Below are positions 29,437 through 39,100 of a stretch of DNA of 64,000 nucleotides, piece after piece. Under the pieces are notes generated by a model. It ran no database searches and was not told where the DNA came from. It saw nothing but the letters and a program-made list of their open reading frames with translations. Origin of the DNA: a bacterium (GTDB lineage: Bacteria > Actinomycetota > Acidimicrobiia > Spongiisociales > ZC4RG35); the NCBI GenBank assembly GCA_028824015.1, contig JAPPFC010000055.1, positions 40,506 through 104,505 of the forward strand. Direction: 5' to 3'. A program made the position numbers and the translations under genes. How positions within the stretch are numbered: position 1 is the first letter of the stretch; every line of letters starts with the position of its first letter.

Positions 29437-29585
29437 GGGCCTAGTCACCGTAAGGAGATCTAGGTGGGTTCTAAACCACATTATACGGTATAACAGGCTG
29501 GCGTAGCCGATTTTCCACTTTGGAATTGCCACTGTTGCATCTCTTTTCCGACTCTTGGACGGCCAGGCAAGGACATCTTGTCCCT

Positions 29586-30173
29586 CTAGGCGGTCAGATC
29601 AGCAGGCCGTGGCGCTACAGACAATCCCAACATGACCCGCACCAGATAAGCCGTGGCTCCCCATAGCCACTCTCCCGAGACCTCCATGAACCAGAGCGGC
29701 ACGCCGGACCAAGTCCGGACCACCCAGTTCTCGGGGGCCGCCAGCGCCTCGAGGGAAGGAGTCAAAACCTTTTCCACCTCCTCCGGCGAAGCACGAAAGG
29801 CGGACTCACCCCCGATGCGGGCCACGATCCCCACCATGGGCAGGGCGAAACGCACCGTGCGGATCACCGGCAGGAAACCCAGCACCTCCACCTCTGACGG
29901 ATGGATGCCCACCTCCTCATGGGTCTCACGGAGGGCCGTCTCCACCGGACCGGCATCCTCGGTATGGGGTTTTCCTCCCGGAAACGCGATCTGTCCGGCG
30001 TGGCTGTTGAGATTTCGGGACCGTTTGGTGAGCACCAGTCGCAGAATTCCGTCCCGGTCTGCGAAAATGGGGGCCAAGACCGCCGCCAAGCCCTCCTGGG
30101 GTACGCTCGGCGCCTCGGAGGAGAAATGAAGGCGGTCCCACATAATCCCCATCATGGCAGGAAAGCCATCCAC
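29586..30173 (-). CDS. NUDIX hydrolase (CoA-pyrophosphatase-like)
   Basis: Nudix box GGKPHTEDAGPVETALRETHEEVG. 195 aa. Confidence 0.8.
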   Translation of the reverse strand: MDGFPAMMGIMWDRLHFSSEAPSVPQEGLAAVLAPIFADRDGILRLVLTKRSRNLNSHAGQIAFPGGKPHTEDAGPVETALRETHEEVGIHPSEVEVLGFLPVIRTVRFALPMVGIVARIGGESAFRASPEEVEKVLTPSLEALAAPENWVVRTWSGVPLWFMEVSGEWLWGATAYLVRVMLGLSVAPRPADLTA

Positions 30174-30187
30174 AACCGAAACCCCGT

Positions 30188-30772
30188 ATGAATAACGTCT
30201 TCCATTCCATCCCTCCCGCAGTTTCTACTGAACGGCTCTGGCTGCGCCGGTTCCGGTCCGGAGACGCCCGACCTCTGATGGAAGCGGTGACCGAGTCGAT
30301 GCCGGAGTTGAGCCTGTGGCTCCCTTGGGCACGGGGGCTGTACGGACTCTCGCAGGCGCGGCTGTTCATCAAGAGTTCCAGCCGCTCCTGGCGGCGGGGA
30401 CGAGCCTTCGACTTCTCGGTCACGTTGAAGGACACTCCTGGCCGGGTGGTGGGAGGAGTGGGAATCTGGTACACATCCCGCCTGCAGCGGACCGGAGAAA
30501 TCGGCTATTGGGTGAGGACCGACCTCACCGGCAGGGGTGTGGCTACCGAAGCGGCCAGGGCGTTGGTAAGCGTGGGCTTCGAGACCATGGGGCTACATCG
30601 CATTCTCATGAGGATCGGAGTGGGAAACCATCCCAGCCGACGGGTCGCCGAAAAGCTAGGGTTTTCCTATGAGGGGATTGCCCGGGAAGAGATCATGGTG
30701 AGAGGAAGATGGATGGATCACGAGGTGTACTCCCTCCTGGAGCAGGAGTGGCGGCGGGGCAATCCGGTATGA
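30188..30772 (+). CDS. GNAT family N-acetyltransferase (RimJ/RimL-like)
   Basis: Acetyl-CoA-binding motif RLTGRGVATEAARALVSVGF. 194 aa. The stop overlaps the wecB start (ATGA). Confidence 0.75.
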   Translation: MNNVFHSIPPAVSTERLWLRRFRSGDARPLMEAVTESMPELSLWLPWARGLYGLSQARLFIKSSSRSWRRGRAFDFSVTLKDTPGRVVGGVGIWYTSRLQRTGEIGYWVRTDLTGRGVATEAARALVSVGFETMGLHRILMRIGVGNHPSRRVAEKLGFSYEGIAREEIMVRGRWMDHEVYSLLEQEWRRGNPV

Positions 30773-31872
30773 GCATCGACCTTCCTCCAGCCTCGGTGGC
30801 CGTGGTGCTCGGCACCCGCCCCGAGATAATCAAGCTGGCTCACATCATCCGGCTGCTGGGCCCCGCCGCCCGGGTGATCCACACCGGCCAGCACTATGAC
30901 GCCAACCTGTCAGAGGTGTTCTTCGGAGCCTTCGGGTTGTCGCCCCCCGCCCACTACCTGGGTGTGGGGGGAGAGCCTCGGGGAATCCAGATTGGAGAGG
31001 CGACCACCCGGCTGACCCGTCTGTTGGAGGATGACCCTGCCCGGGCGGTGGTGGTGCAGGGCGACACCAATGCTGTTCTGGCCGGCGCCCTTGCCGCCAA
31101 CGCCACCGAGACTCCCCTGGTGCATGTCGAGGCGGGGCTCCGCAGCCATGATCGGGCAATGCCCGAGGAGCACAACCGGGTGGTGTGCGATCATCTCTCC
31201 GACCTGTGCCTGGCGCCCACGGAGACGGCGGCCAACAAGCTGGCGAGGGAGGGGATCACAGGCGAGCGAGTGGCAATCACCGGAAACACAGTGGTGGAGG
31301 CCGTGGGGACACTCCTGCCCGGAGCCGACCGGCGAGCCGAAGTGATGGGCCGCCACGGCCTGGCGCCCAACGGCTTCATCCTCTCCACCTTCCACCGACC
31401 CGAGAACGTCGATCACCCCCGAACCTGGAAGGCCATCCTCTCCGATCTGGCCCGGCTTCCCCTGCCCGTGGTTCTGGCCCTCCATCCGCGCAGCCGCCGC
31501 CGGGCCGTCTCTTTCGGCTTGGAGCCGCTCCTCGACCGGCTACAGGTGATCGATCCTCTCCCCTACGCGGAGTTTCTTTCCCTTCTCGCCGAATGCGCCC
31601 TGGCCGTCTCCGACTCAGGCGGATTGCAAGAGGAGGTCTCGGTGCTGAAACGGCCCATGGTGGTGGTGCGCAACTCCACCGAACGCCCCGAGGTGATCGG
31701 CACTTTCGCCGTCCTCCGCAGACCGGGCGACTACATAGACGAAGCCGTCATCCAGATAATCGAGACGCTGGAGTACACCCACAGCCGCCTGGCCGAAACC
31801 CCCACCCCCTACGGAGACGGCACCGCGTCGGTCCGCTCGGTCACCCTAATAGAGAAGCTGGTAGGAGGGTAG
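30769..31872 (+). CDS. wecB: UDP-N-acetylglucosamine 2-epimerase (non-hydrolysing)
   Basis: VVLGTRPEIIKLAHII...HTGQHYD...VQGDTNAVLAGALAA...HVEAGLRS.D..MPEEHNR are motifs conserved in WecB/MnaA. Confidence 0.85.
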   Translation: MSIDLPPASVAVVLGTRPEIIKLAHIIRLLGPAARVIHTGQHYDANLSEVFFGAFGLSPPAHYLGVGGEPRGIQIGEATTRLTRLLEDDPARAVVVQGDTNAVLAGALAANATETPLVHVEAGLRSHDRAMPEEHNRVVCDHLSDLCLAPTETAANKLAREGITGERVAITGNTVVEAVGTLLPGADRRAEVMGRHGLAPNGFILSTFHRPENVDHPRTWKAILSDLARLPLPVVLALHPRSRRRAVSFGLEPLLDRLQVIDPLPYAEFLSLLAECALAVSDSGGLQEEVSVLKRPMVVVRNSTERPEVIGTFAVLRRPGDYIDEAVIQIIETLEYTHSRLAETPTPYGDGTASVRSVTLIEKLVGG

Positions 31873-32108
31873 GACGCCCTTCTTGCAAGAGGCCGGGGGT
31901 CGGATACGCCACGGCAATCGTTTATCTGCGGGAGATGCTCGACTCCAGGCGGACCAAAACAATGGAGTCTGCGACTCCAGTCTTGCTCGCTAACACAGTC
32001 GCCGCATGTCACAATCTGCATGTAAAGTTCACGCTATATGTATACCGTTGGCGATACGTTCACGATACAGGCATGGCTCTACTGCTTCGCTAGGCGTGGG
32101 AAGCGATC

Positions 32109-33518
32109 ATGACCTATTTCGACTCTCTTCCAAAAGCAACCCGCAACGATCCGCATCCCTCAGCTAAGAGACTGCGCGGTCCGATCGCAGTGCTGGTAGC
32201 AGTGACCCTGGCGCTCATGTCGGCCATGGCGACCCGCGCCCTTCTGGCGCCCGCCCCCGCAGCCGCGTTGCAGACGACATCGATCACGTCTATCGCATTC
32301 ACCAACGCGCCCGCCGGGGGCTTGTTCAACATCGTCGACCACTACTACAGCATCGGGAGCGACGTCGAGGTGACGGCTACCTTCGGCGGGGACGTGACGG
32401 TGACGGGCACCCCGCGCGTCCTGCTGACGTTCGGAACGGAGGGAACCCGGGATGCGACCTATGTCTCGGACGCCAGCACCGCCACCGAACTGGTGTTCCG
32501 CTACACCCTGGTGGACGGGGACAGCACAGGACAATCCAGCCTGTCGCTGGCCGCCAACGCGTTGGACGCCGACGGTGCCGACGGCTCAGCCAGCATCCAG
32601 GCGGGTGGCGCGGATGTGGACGCTACCCACGACGAAGTGCCGACCACAATACTGGTCTCCGCTCACCGGCCGATCATCTTCGGGGCGTATGTCGCCCAGG
32701 CGCCCGGCGTCGACGCGGATCTGGACGGCACCGCGGAGACCTACGTTGAAGGCGACACGCTCAACGTCTTGGTGAGATTCAACCTGCTGATGAAGGTGGA
32801 CACCAAGGGCGATGACGCCAACGTGCAGATCGTGGTGGACGTCGGCGGCACCGAGTACACGCTGGACTTCGCGGGCAGGTACCTGAACAAGATTGGGTTC
32901 GGATCGCACACCGTAAAGGCCTCCGACGCGGACAGCAACGGGATAACCATCAAGCGGGATGGATCGAACAATCTGGTGCGCCTGTCGAACGACGCCACGC
33001 TGACGAGCTGGCTCGGCGATAACGAACCGGTCATCACCGCCGCCGCAGACTTGTCGGTCACGACGGCCTTGGCGCTGGACGGACAGGCCACCCCCAAGGT
33101 CAAGGTGCGCGGCACGAACGCGACGCCCACCGGAGCGGACTTCAGCAAGTCCACCGCCGCCGACACGGACCTGACCTTCACGCTGGCGGACTTCGCGATA
33201 ACCGACAGTGACGGTGACCCGCTCAAGGAGATCCGGCTCACCAGCCTGCCGACGAGTTCGCAGGGCGTGCTCCGAGTGGACGGGACTGCGGTCGCGTCGG
33301 GCGACCTGCCCAGAGTCGTTGCCCGCTCCGAGTTGGTCGCGGCCGGACTGGTGCTCGACCCCGCCTCGGGCTTCACCGGAGACACCAGCTTCATGTTCAA
33401 GGTGGTGGACTCGTTCGGCGCAGCCGCCGCGACCGCCAACACCGCCACCGTCAGTGTGGCGGCCTCAGGAGGCAGCGGCAGCGGCGGCGGTGACGCCCCG
33501 CCAGTTGGCGGGCTGTGA
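32109..33518 (+). CDS. Secreted protein of unknown function (signal peptide; Thr/Asp/Gly-rich; probable beta-rich adhesin-like fold)
   Basis: 469 aa. N-terminal basic segment plus hydrophobic helix (IAVLVAVTLALMSAMATRALLAPAPAAA). No catalytic motifs were recognised. It is preceded by a 230-bp AT-richer regulatory region. Confidence 0.45.
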   Translation: MTYFDSLPKATRNDPHPSAKRLRGPIAVLVAVTLALMSAMATRALLAPAPAAALQTTSITSIAFTNAPAGGLFNIVDHYYSIGSDVEVTATFGGDVTVTGTPRVLLTFGTEGTRDATYVSDASTATELVFRYTLVDGDSTGQSSLSLAANALDADGADGSASIQAGGADVDATHDEVPTTILVSAHRPIIFGAYVAQAPGVDADLDGTAETYVEGDTLNVLVRFNLLMKVDTKGDDANVQIVVDVGGTEYTLDFAGRYLNKIGFGSHTVKASDADSNGITIKRDGSNNLVRLSNDATLTSWLGDNEPVITAAADLSVTTALALDGQATPKVKVRGTNATPTGADFSKSTAADTDLTFTLADFAITDSDGDPLKEIRLTSLPTSSQGVLRVDGTAVASGDLPRVVARSELVAAGLVLDPASGFTGDTSFMFKVVDSFGAAAATANTATVSVAASGGSGSGGGDAPPVGGL

Positions 33519-33586
33519 TTTGAACCCCGGTGGTTGGTGGCCGGCTGTGAGGCTCGTGGGTCGTCGGTGGTGGTAGGTTCTGTCCG

Positions 33587-34249
33587 CTACACCATCAGGT
33601 GATTGAGAAACACCACCCCGGCTATCGTCACGACACCCAAATAGGAGAGTCCGGTGGCCGCCATCACTCCCGAGTAGCCGGTTTCCCCCAAGGCGAACCA
33701 GGCGCCGGCCACCAGAGCGGCGCCTACCATTGCAAGCCCCGCCAAGGTCCAGCCCAAGGCGCCACCCTCGTAGGGCACCGCTCCGTTCAGCCACCCGGCC
33801 ACCACACTTAGGACCAGACCCGCACCGGACAGGAGATCCAGACGGCGCACAGCCCAGCGGGGCAGGGTCGGATCAACCAGGAACCAGTGACCCAGGAGCA
33901 TGGTGGCGGTGATTCCCCCTAGGGCCGCCCCGCTGGCGATGGTCGACAACCATCCGGCGGAAAGCACCGAGGAGACCAATGTAAAGACTGCACCGACCGC
34001 CACCAACCCTGAATACCCACGCCGGCCCGAACGCCCCACCCCGAACAGCACCAGGACCAGCCCGGCGGCGGCCCACCAGGAACGCAGGGCGGGATAGATC
34101 ATCAACAGCACGGCGGTCCCGGCTCCCAGCATCTGGTACCCCCGCTTGGCGACCTGCCAGCGGACCGCCAGCGGCAGGGTGAGCGCCAGACCCCCCGCCC
34201 AGGCGGCCATGAAGGCGGCCGGTCCGAAAGTGGCGCCGGTCGGTATCAC
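33587..34249 (-). CDS. Integral membrane protein of unknown function (6-7 TM helices)
   Basis: 220 aa, highly hydrophobic, Gly/Ala/Leu-rich. Confidence 0.45.
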   Translation of the reverse strand: MIPTGATFGPAAFMAAWAGGLALTLPLAVRWQVAKRGYQMLGAGTAVLLMIYPALRSWWAAAGLVLVLFGVGRSGRRGYSGLVAVGAVFTLVSSVLSAGWLSTIASGAALGGITATMLLGHWFLVDPTLPRWAVRRLDLLSGAGLVLSVVAGWLNGAVPYEGGALGWTLAGLAMVGAALVAGAWFALGETGYSGVMAATGLSYLGVVTIAGVVFLNHLMV

Positions 34250-34254
34250 CGCTG

Positions 34255-36183
34255 CTAGGCGGAGATTTGGGAAAGCACCCGCTCGGCCACGGCCTCGGCT
34301 ACGAAGCCGAACTCTCGGGCCAGTACCTCATAGGGCGCCGAGGCGCCGAAACTGTCAATCCCGATCGCTAGCCCTTCGGCCCCCACCATTCTCTCCCACC
34401 CGAAAGTGGCGCCGGCCTCCACGGAGACCCTCGGAATGCCCGCCCCCAGCACCTCTCGCCGATAGGAGGAGTCCTGCTCTGCGAACGCTTCCCAGCAGGT
34501 AAGGCTGACCACCCGCGCCGAGATCCCGCGGCTCTCCAGGAGGTCGGCGGCTTCCAGCGCCAGAGACACCTCCGACCCGCCGGCGATCAGGACCACGTCT
34601 TCCCCGGGACGCAGCATGTACCCGCCCCGGGCGGCCCCGCCTCGCGCCCGGGAGCGATCCAGAACCGGGAGGTTCTGGCGGCTGAGGACCAGGACCGTGG
34701 GCCCATCGGTGCGATTGAGGGCCATCTCCCAAGCCTCCACGGTCTCGGTGGCGTCGGCCGGACGGATCACCCACAGGCCGGGCATGGCTCGAAGCCCGGC
34801 GAGGTGCTCGACGGGTTGGTGAGTGGGACCGTCCTCTCCCAACATGATGGAGTCGTGAGTCATCACCCATATACAGGGGAGTTCCATCAAAGCGGACAGC
34901 CGGATGGAGGGCCGCATGTAGTCGGTGAACACGAAAAAGGTGGAACCGTAGGGACGGACCCCTCCATGCAGCGCCATCCCGTTCACTATCCCTCCCATCC
35001 CGTGCTCCCTTACCCCGAAGTGAATGTTCCGACCGGTGCGGGCCGAACGGGAAAAGCCCGGATCGCCGGGCAGCACCGTTTTGGTGGACTCCGCCAGGTC
35101 GGCCGCGCCTCCGATGAATCCCGGGACCTTCTCCCCGATCTGGCCGAAGAGCTTCCCCGATGCCGAACGGGTGGCGATGCTATCTCCGGGCTCGAATCCC
35201 GGAGACTCCAGTTGCACCGGCCGGTGGGCATGGAGAACTCGCCACTCTGCGCTACGTTCCCGGCTCTCCCAGTCTCGGCGCGCCGCCCTTCCCCGCTCCA
35301 TAGCCTCCGACATGAAGTCGTAGACCTCCGGCGGCGCCCAGAAGTCCTCCTCCGGCGGGATACCGATGTTCATCTTGGCCAGTCTCACTTCCGCTGCTCC
35401 GAGCGGCGCCCCGTGGGCGCCGGGGGTGTCCACCTTGTTGGGGGAACCGTGAGCGATATGGGTACGGCAGATGACCAGGGACGGCTGGTCCCCGGCGTCA
35501 AGAGCCTCCCGGGTGGCTTCCGCCACCGCCGACCGGTCGTGGCCGTCCACCGAGACGGTGTGCCATCCCAACGAGCGGAACCGCGCCCCGACGTCCTCGG
35601 AGAACGTGATCTCCGTTCCGCCGTCGATGGAGATGCGGTTGTCGTCGTAGAAGTAGATCAACCTCCCCAGGCCCAGATGTCCGGCCAGGGAAGCCGCCTC
35701 GGCTGCCACGCCCTCCATCAGGTCTCCGTCGGACACGAACCCGTAGGTGTGGTGATCGACCTGGTCGGCGCCCAGCCGCGCCCGGAGATGCTCCTCGGCG
35801 ATGGCCATTCCCACCCCGTTGGCGAAGCCCTGGCCGAGGGGACCGGTGGTTGTCTCGATTCCCAGCGCCGGTTCTCTCTCGGGGTGACCGGCCGTGGGAT
35901 AACCCCACTGGCGGAAATTCTTCAAGTCCTCCATGGTGACCGGGAACCCGCACAGATGCAACATGGCGTAGAGCAGCATCGAGCCGTGCCCGTTGGAGAG
36001 CACGAAGCGATCCCGATCGGCCCAGGTGGGACATCCCGGGTCCACCCTCATAAAGCGGGTCCAGAGGGTCACGGCGATGTCTGCCATGCCCATGGGCATC
36101 CCCGGATGGCCGGAGTTGGCTCGCTGGACGGCGTCCATGGCCAGTCCCTTGACAACCGCTACGGCGAGTTCTTCATTCCTCAT
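34255..36183 (-). CDS. tkt: Transketolase
   Basis: AMDAVQRANSGHPGMPMGMADIA, the TPP-binding GDGDLMEG-like motif and the C-terminal domain. The start is probably MRNEELAVAV at 36183. The track ORF extends to 36282. Confidence 0.9.
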   Translation of the reverse strand: MRNEELAVAVVKGLAMDAVQRANSGHPGMPMGMADIAVTLWTRFMRVDPGCPTWADRDRFVLSNGHGSMLLYAMLHLCGFPVTMEDLKNFRQWGYPTAGHPEREPALGIETTTGPLGQGFANGVGMAIAEEHLRARLGADQVDHHTYGFVSDGDLMEGVAAEAASLAGHLGLGRLIYFYDDNRISIDGGTEITFSEDVGARFRSLGWHTVSVDGHDRSAVAEATREALDAGDQPSLVICRTHIAHGSPNKVDTPGAHGAPLGAAEVRLAKMNIGIPPEEDFWAPPEVYDFMSEAMERGRAARRDWESRERSAEWRVLHAHRPVQLESPGFEPGDSIATRSASGKLFGQIGEKVPGFIGGAADLAESTKTVLPGDPGFSRSARTGRNIHFGVREHGMGGIVNGMALHGGVRPYGSTFFVFTDYMRPSIRLSALMELPCIWVMTHDSIMLGEDGPTHQPVEHLAGLRAMPGLWVIRPADATETVEAWEMALNRTDGPTVLVLSRQNLPVLDRSRARGGAARGGYMLRPGEDVVLIAGGSEVSLALEAADLLESRGISARVVSLTCWEAFAEQDSSYRREVLGAGIPRVSVEAGATFGWERMVGAEGLAIGIDSFGASAPYEVLAREFGFVAEAVAERVLSQISA

Positions 36184-39100
36184 CACCGAACATACGGTAC
36201 CAAGACGTCTCGGTGACCCTGCCATCGGCGGCGATACCCTGAGTGCGCTGCCAATACTTGGTGTCCGCCACGGTGTTCTCATCGAACACGCCCGTCACCT
36301 CGATCCCCAGCGCTCCCTGCCACTTCTCCACCAACGCACCCCTGTCGCCCTCTTCGATGACCACCGAGGAGGGCCGGGTGGTGGAACTCCCCGCGGAGGA
36401 CGAGCCGCCCGGCACGCTCGCTCCCGGGAACATCTTGACCCATGAGTTGACGCCTACTATCCCGTCGACCTCGAGGCCGTTGGCGCGCTGCCACTCCCGG
36501 GTGGCCCGGGCGGTCTGGGAGCCGAAGTGCCCGTCGGCGGGGATCCCCAATGCCCGCTGCCAGATAATCACATGCGTCCCCCGGGACCCGGTCCGCAGAG
36601 GCCGGCCCGGGTAGGGCGGAGCTTCTCCATCGAAGTCGTTATCCCCCGGATCCGGCGAAGATGTCTCCGTCGCTTCGGCCCCGGGGAACATCTTGAGCCA
36701 GGAACTGACTCCCACCACACCGTCTGCGGTGAGACCGTTGCGGTACTGCCAAGCCTTGGTCGCCGACAGGGTGGCCGAACCGAAATACCCATCGGCCTGT
36801 ATGCCCAGGGCGCGTTGCCAGATAATGACACTTGAACCGCTGTCCCCCATTTCAAGGGGTCGGCCCGGGTAGGGGGGGACGCCAGGTGTGGTACCCGTGC
36901 TTCCCGATCCCTGGCTGTCGTCACCCTCCTTGTCGGGGGGAGGTTCCGGCGCCTCCACCCCCGCGCCGGGGAACATGGTTTGCCAGCTTTGCATGCCCAC
37001 CACACCGTCAACCGTCAGGCCGTTGGCCTGCTGCCACTCCCGGGTGGCCTGGGCCGTGCCGGTTCCGAAGTACCCGTCGGCCGCAACCCCCAGTGCGGAC
37101 TGCCAGGTCCGCACCCACTTCCCTCGGCTGCCCAGTCGCAGGACGAAGCCGGGGTAGCTGGGAGCCTGGGGATCGGTTGCCTCCGGTTGAGGCGCCTCTT
37201 CAGGGTCAGGCTCGGTCTCGGTCTCCGGATCAGGCTCCGGTTGGGGAGGGGCGGGTTGGGAGAACATCCTGTCCCAGGATTGGCTCCCGACTATTCCGTC
37301 GGGAGCCAGACCATTGGCCTGCTGCCACTCCCGGGTGGCGGCGGTGGTGGCCGGTCCGAAATCTCCATCGGCGGTGACGCCCAACGCCTCCTGCCACAGT
37401 CGCACATCGCTCCCCCGGCTCCCCTCGCGCAGCGGCTGGCCGGGATAGGGGTGCTCGATGATCAGCGCGCTGGGAGGGGTGGGTTCAGAGGGAGGACTCG
37501 AACCTATCTGGTTGCCGGCAGTGACCGTGAAGCTGTACGCCACCCCTGCTTGAAGACCGCTGATGACCGCGGTGGTCTGGGACGCCGCCACCGTGACCGG
37601 ATCGGAATGGGCCGGATCGACGCTGACCGTGTAGCGCTCGGGCGCAAAGCGGGAGGAAACCGGGCTCCAACTCACCGTCGCCACGCGCCCCCCGCTGACC
37701 GTCACGCCGGTGGGAGCGGGCGGCGGCGCCCACCAGTCCGCCAGGTAGTCGATCGTGAAGTACCGGGACCGAAGGCGGAGTGCGGACCTCAGCGTCGGAG
37801 CCGAAACCCTTTCGGTGACTCTGTCGCCTCCCCGGATCCCGGCGATGTTGAGAAACTGGGCGCTCCCCCACGGATAGGAAACCGTGTCAACCGAGATTAC
37901 GTCGTCGAATCGATCGGACAACTCATAGATGTCGAGCAGTTGGGACAGAGAGAGGGTCTTTGCCCAGAAGGCGTTGGGATTGACGGCGGGATCGATCGAC
38001 CAAGGATCCTGGACCGAGACCAGGTAAGGCCGCCCCGCCGTCCCCCAGATCGTCGAGGAGTCCTCGGTCGCCCCTCCACTGGAGGACGAGTAGAAAGCCT
38101 GAACCACTCCTACGGATTCCTCGGGATGGGTCAGCACTCTTCCCGCGGTGGCCCGGGCTCCCACCAGTTCCCAGCGGCCCCCGTTCTGTATCTCCCTGTT
38201 CCAACCTCCATATACCTGGTCACGGGCGTCGCTGACCACATGACACCAGCAGGCCGACTTGCGGGAACTGCTCAGGGAAGGCTCCGCTCCCCGCCGAAGC
38301 ATTGCATATATCGCGTACGATCGGGCTGCGATGGCCTGGGCCTCCAACGCGGCGTCCGGCCAGGTGGGAGGGATCTCCGCTATGCCTGCCACGTAGTCCT
38401 CGATGTCCATCTCCATCGAGAAGTGGATCCTCCCTCCGCTGGGACGGACCCGCACATTGCCGTGGATGAACTGTGTCATCTCTCCCCCGTAGTTGAGGCC
38501 TCTCAGGCCCACCCGGTTGGAGTGGGAGAGATCCTGGATGCTCAGCCGGCATCCCGCGGCCACCCCCAGCGGTGCGGCGGTACAGGATCCGTCCCCCGCC
38601 GCGGTCACCACCAGGTCCTCTCCCGCATCGAGGTAGTAGGCCCCGGCGCAGTCGGGCAAGCCGCTTCCCGCCACCAGCGCCTGCCAGGTTTGGCTCCCCA
38701 CCGTCCCGTCAGCGCCCAGGCCCTGGGACGTCTGGAAGGAGACCACCGCATCCTTTACCGCTTGGTTGAAGGAACCGGGCGTCTCCTGCAGGTACCCCCG
38801 TTCCACCAACCTGCTGATCAAGAGATCGGTGAAGGTGTTGTCACGTCCGGGAGTCGTCCCTTCGGCCAGCACCGGATAGGAGGAATACTCCCCGTCGAAG
38901 CAGACCCTCACCCGGCCGGTTACCACCGCGAAGGTCAACTCCGACCGGTTTTGCCTTATCCCCACCCAGATGGGCAGTGGTTCGGTGATCACCCAAGAAC
39001 CGGGTACTGCGTCGGCAAGATTCTCGACGGATGAGCCCTGGTAGAAGTGCTGAAGAATCTGGGTGGCGGTGTAACCCTCCTCCGCCATGCCCTTGGCGCC

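Noticed and set aside
36980-39034. 684-aa + strand ORF, plus 36832..37377, 36888..37157 and 39087..39380
   Set aside because: These lie antisense to the SpoIID/PG-binding gene. The translations are low-complexity Pro/Arg/Gly-rich, typical of out-of-frame reading of high-GC coding DNA. Their repeated appearance mirrors the PG-binding repeats on the - strand.
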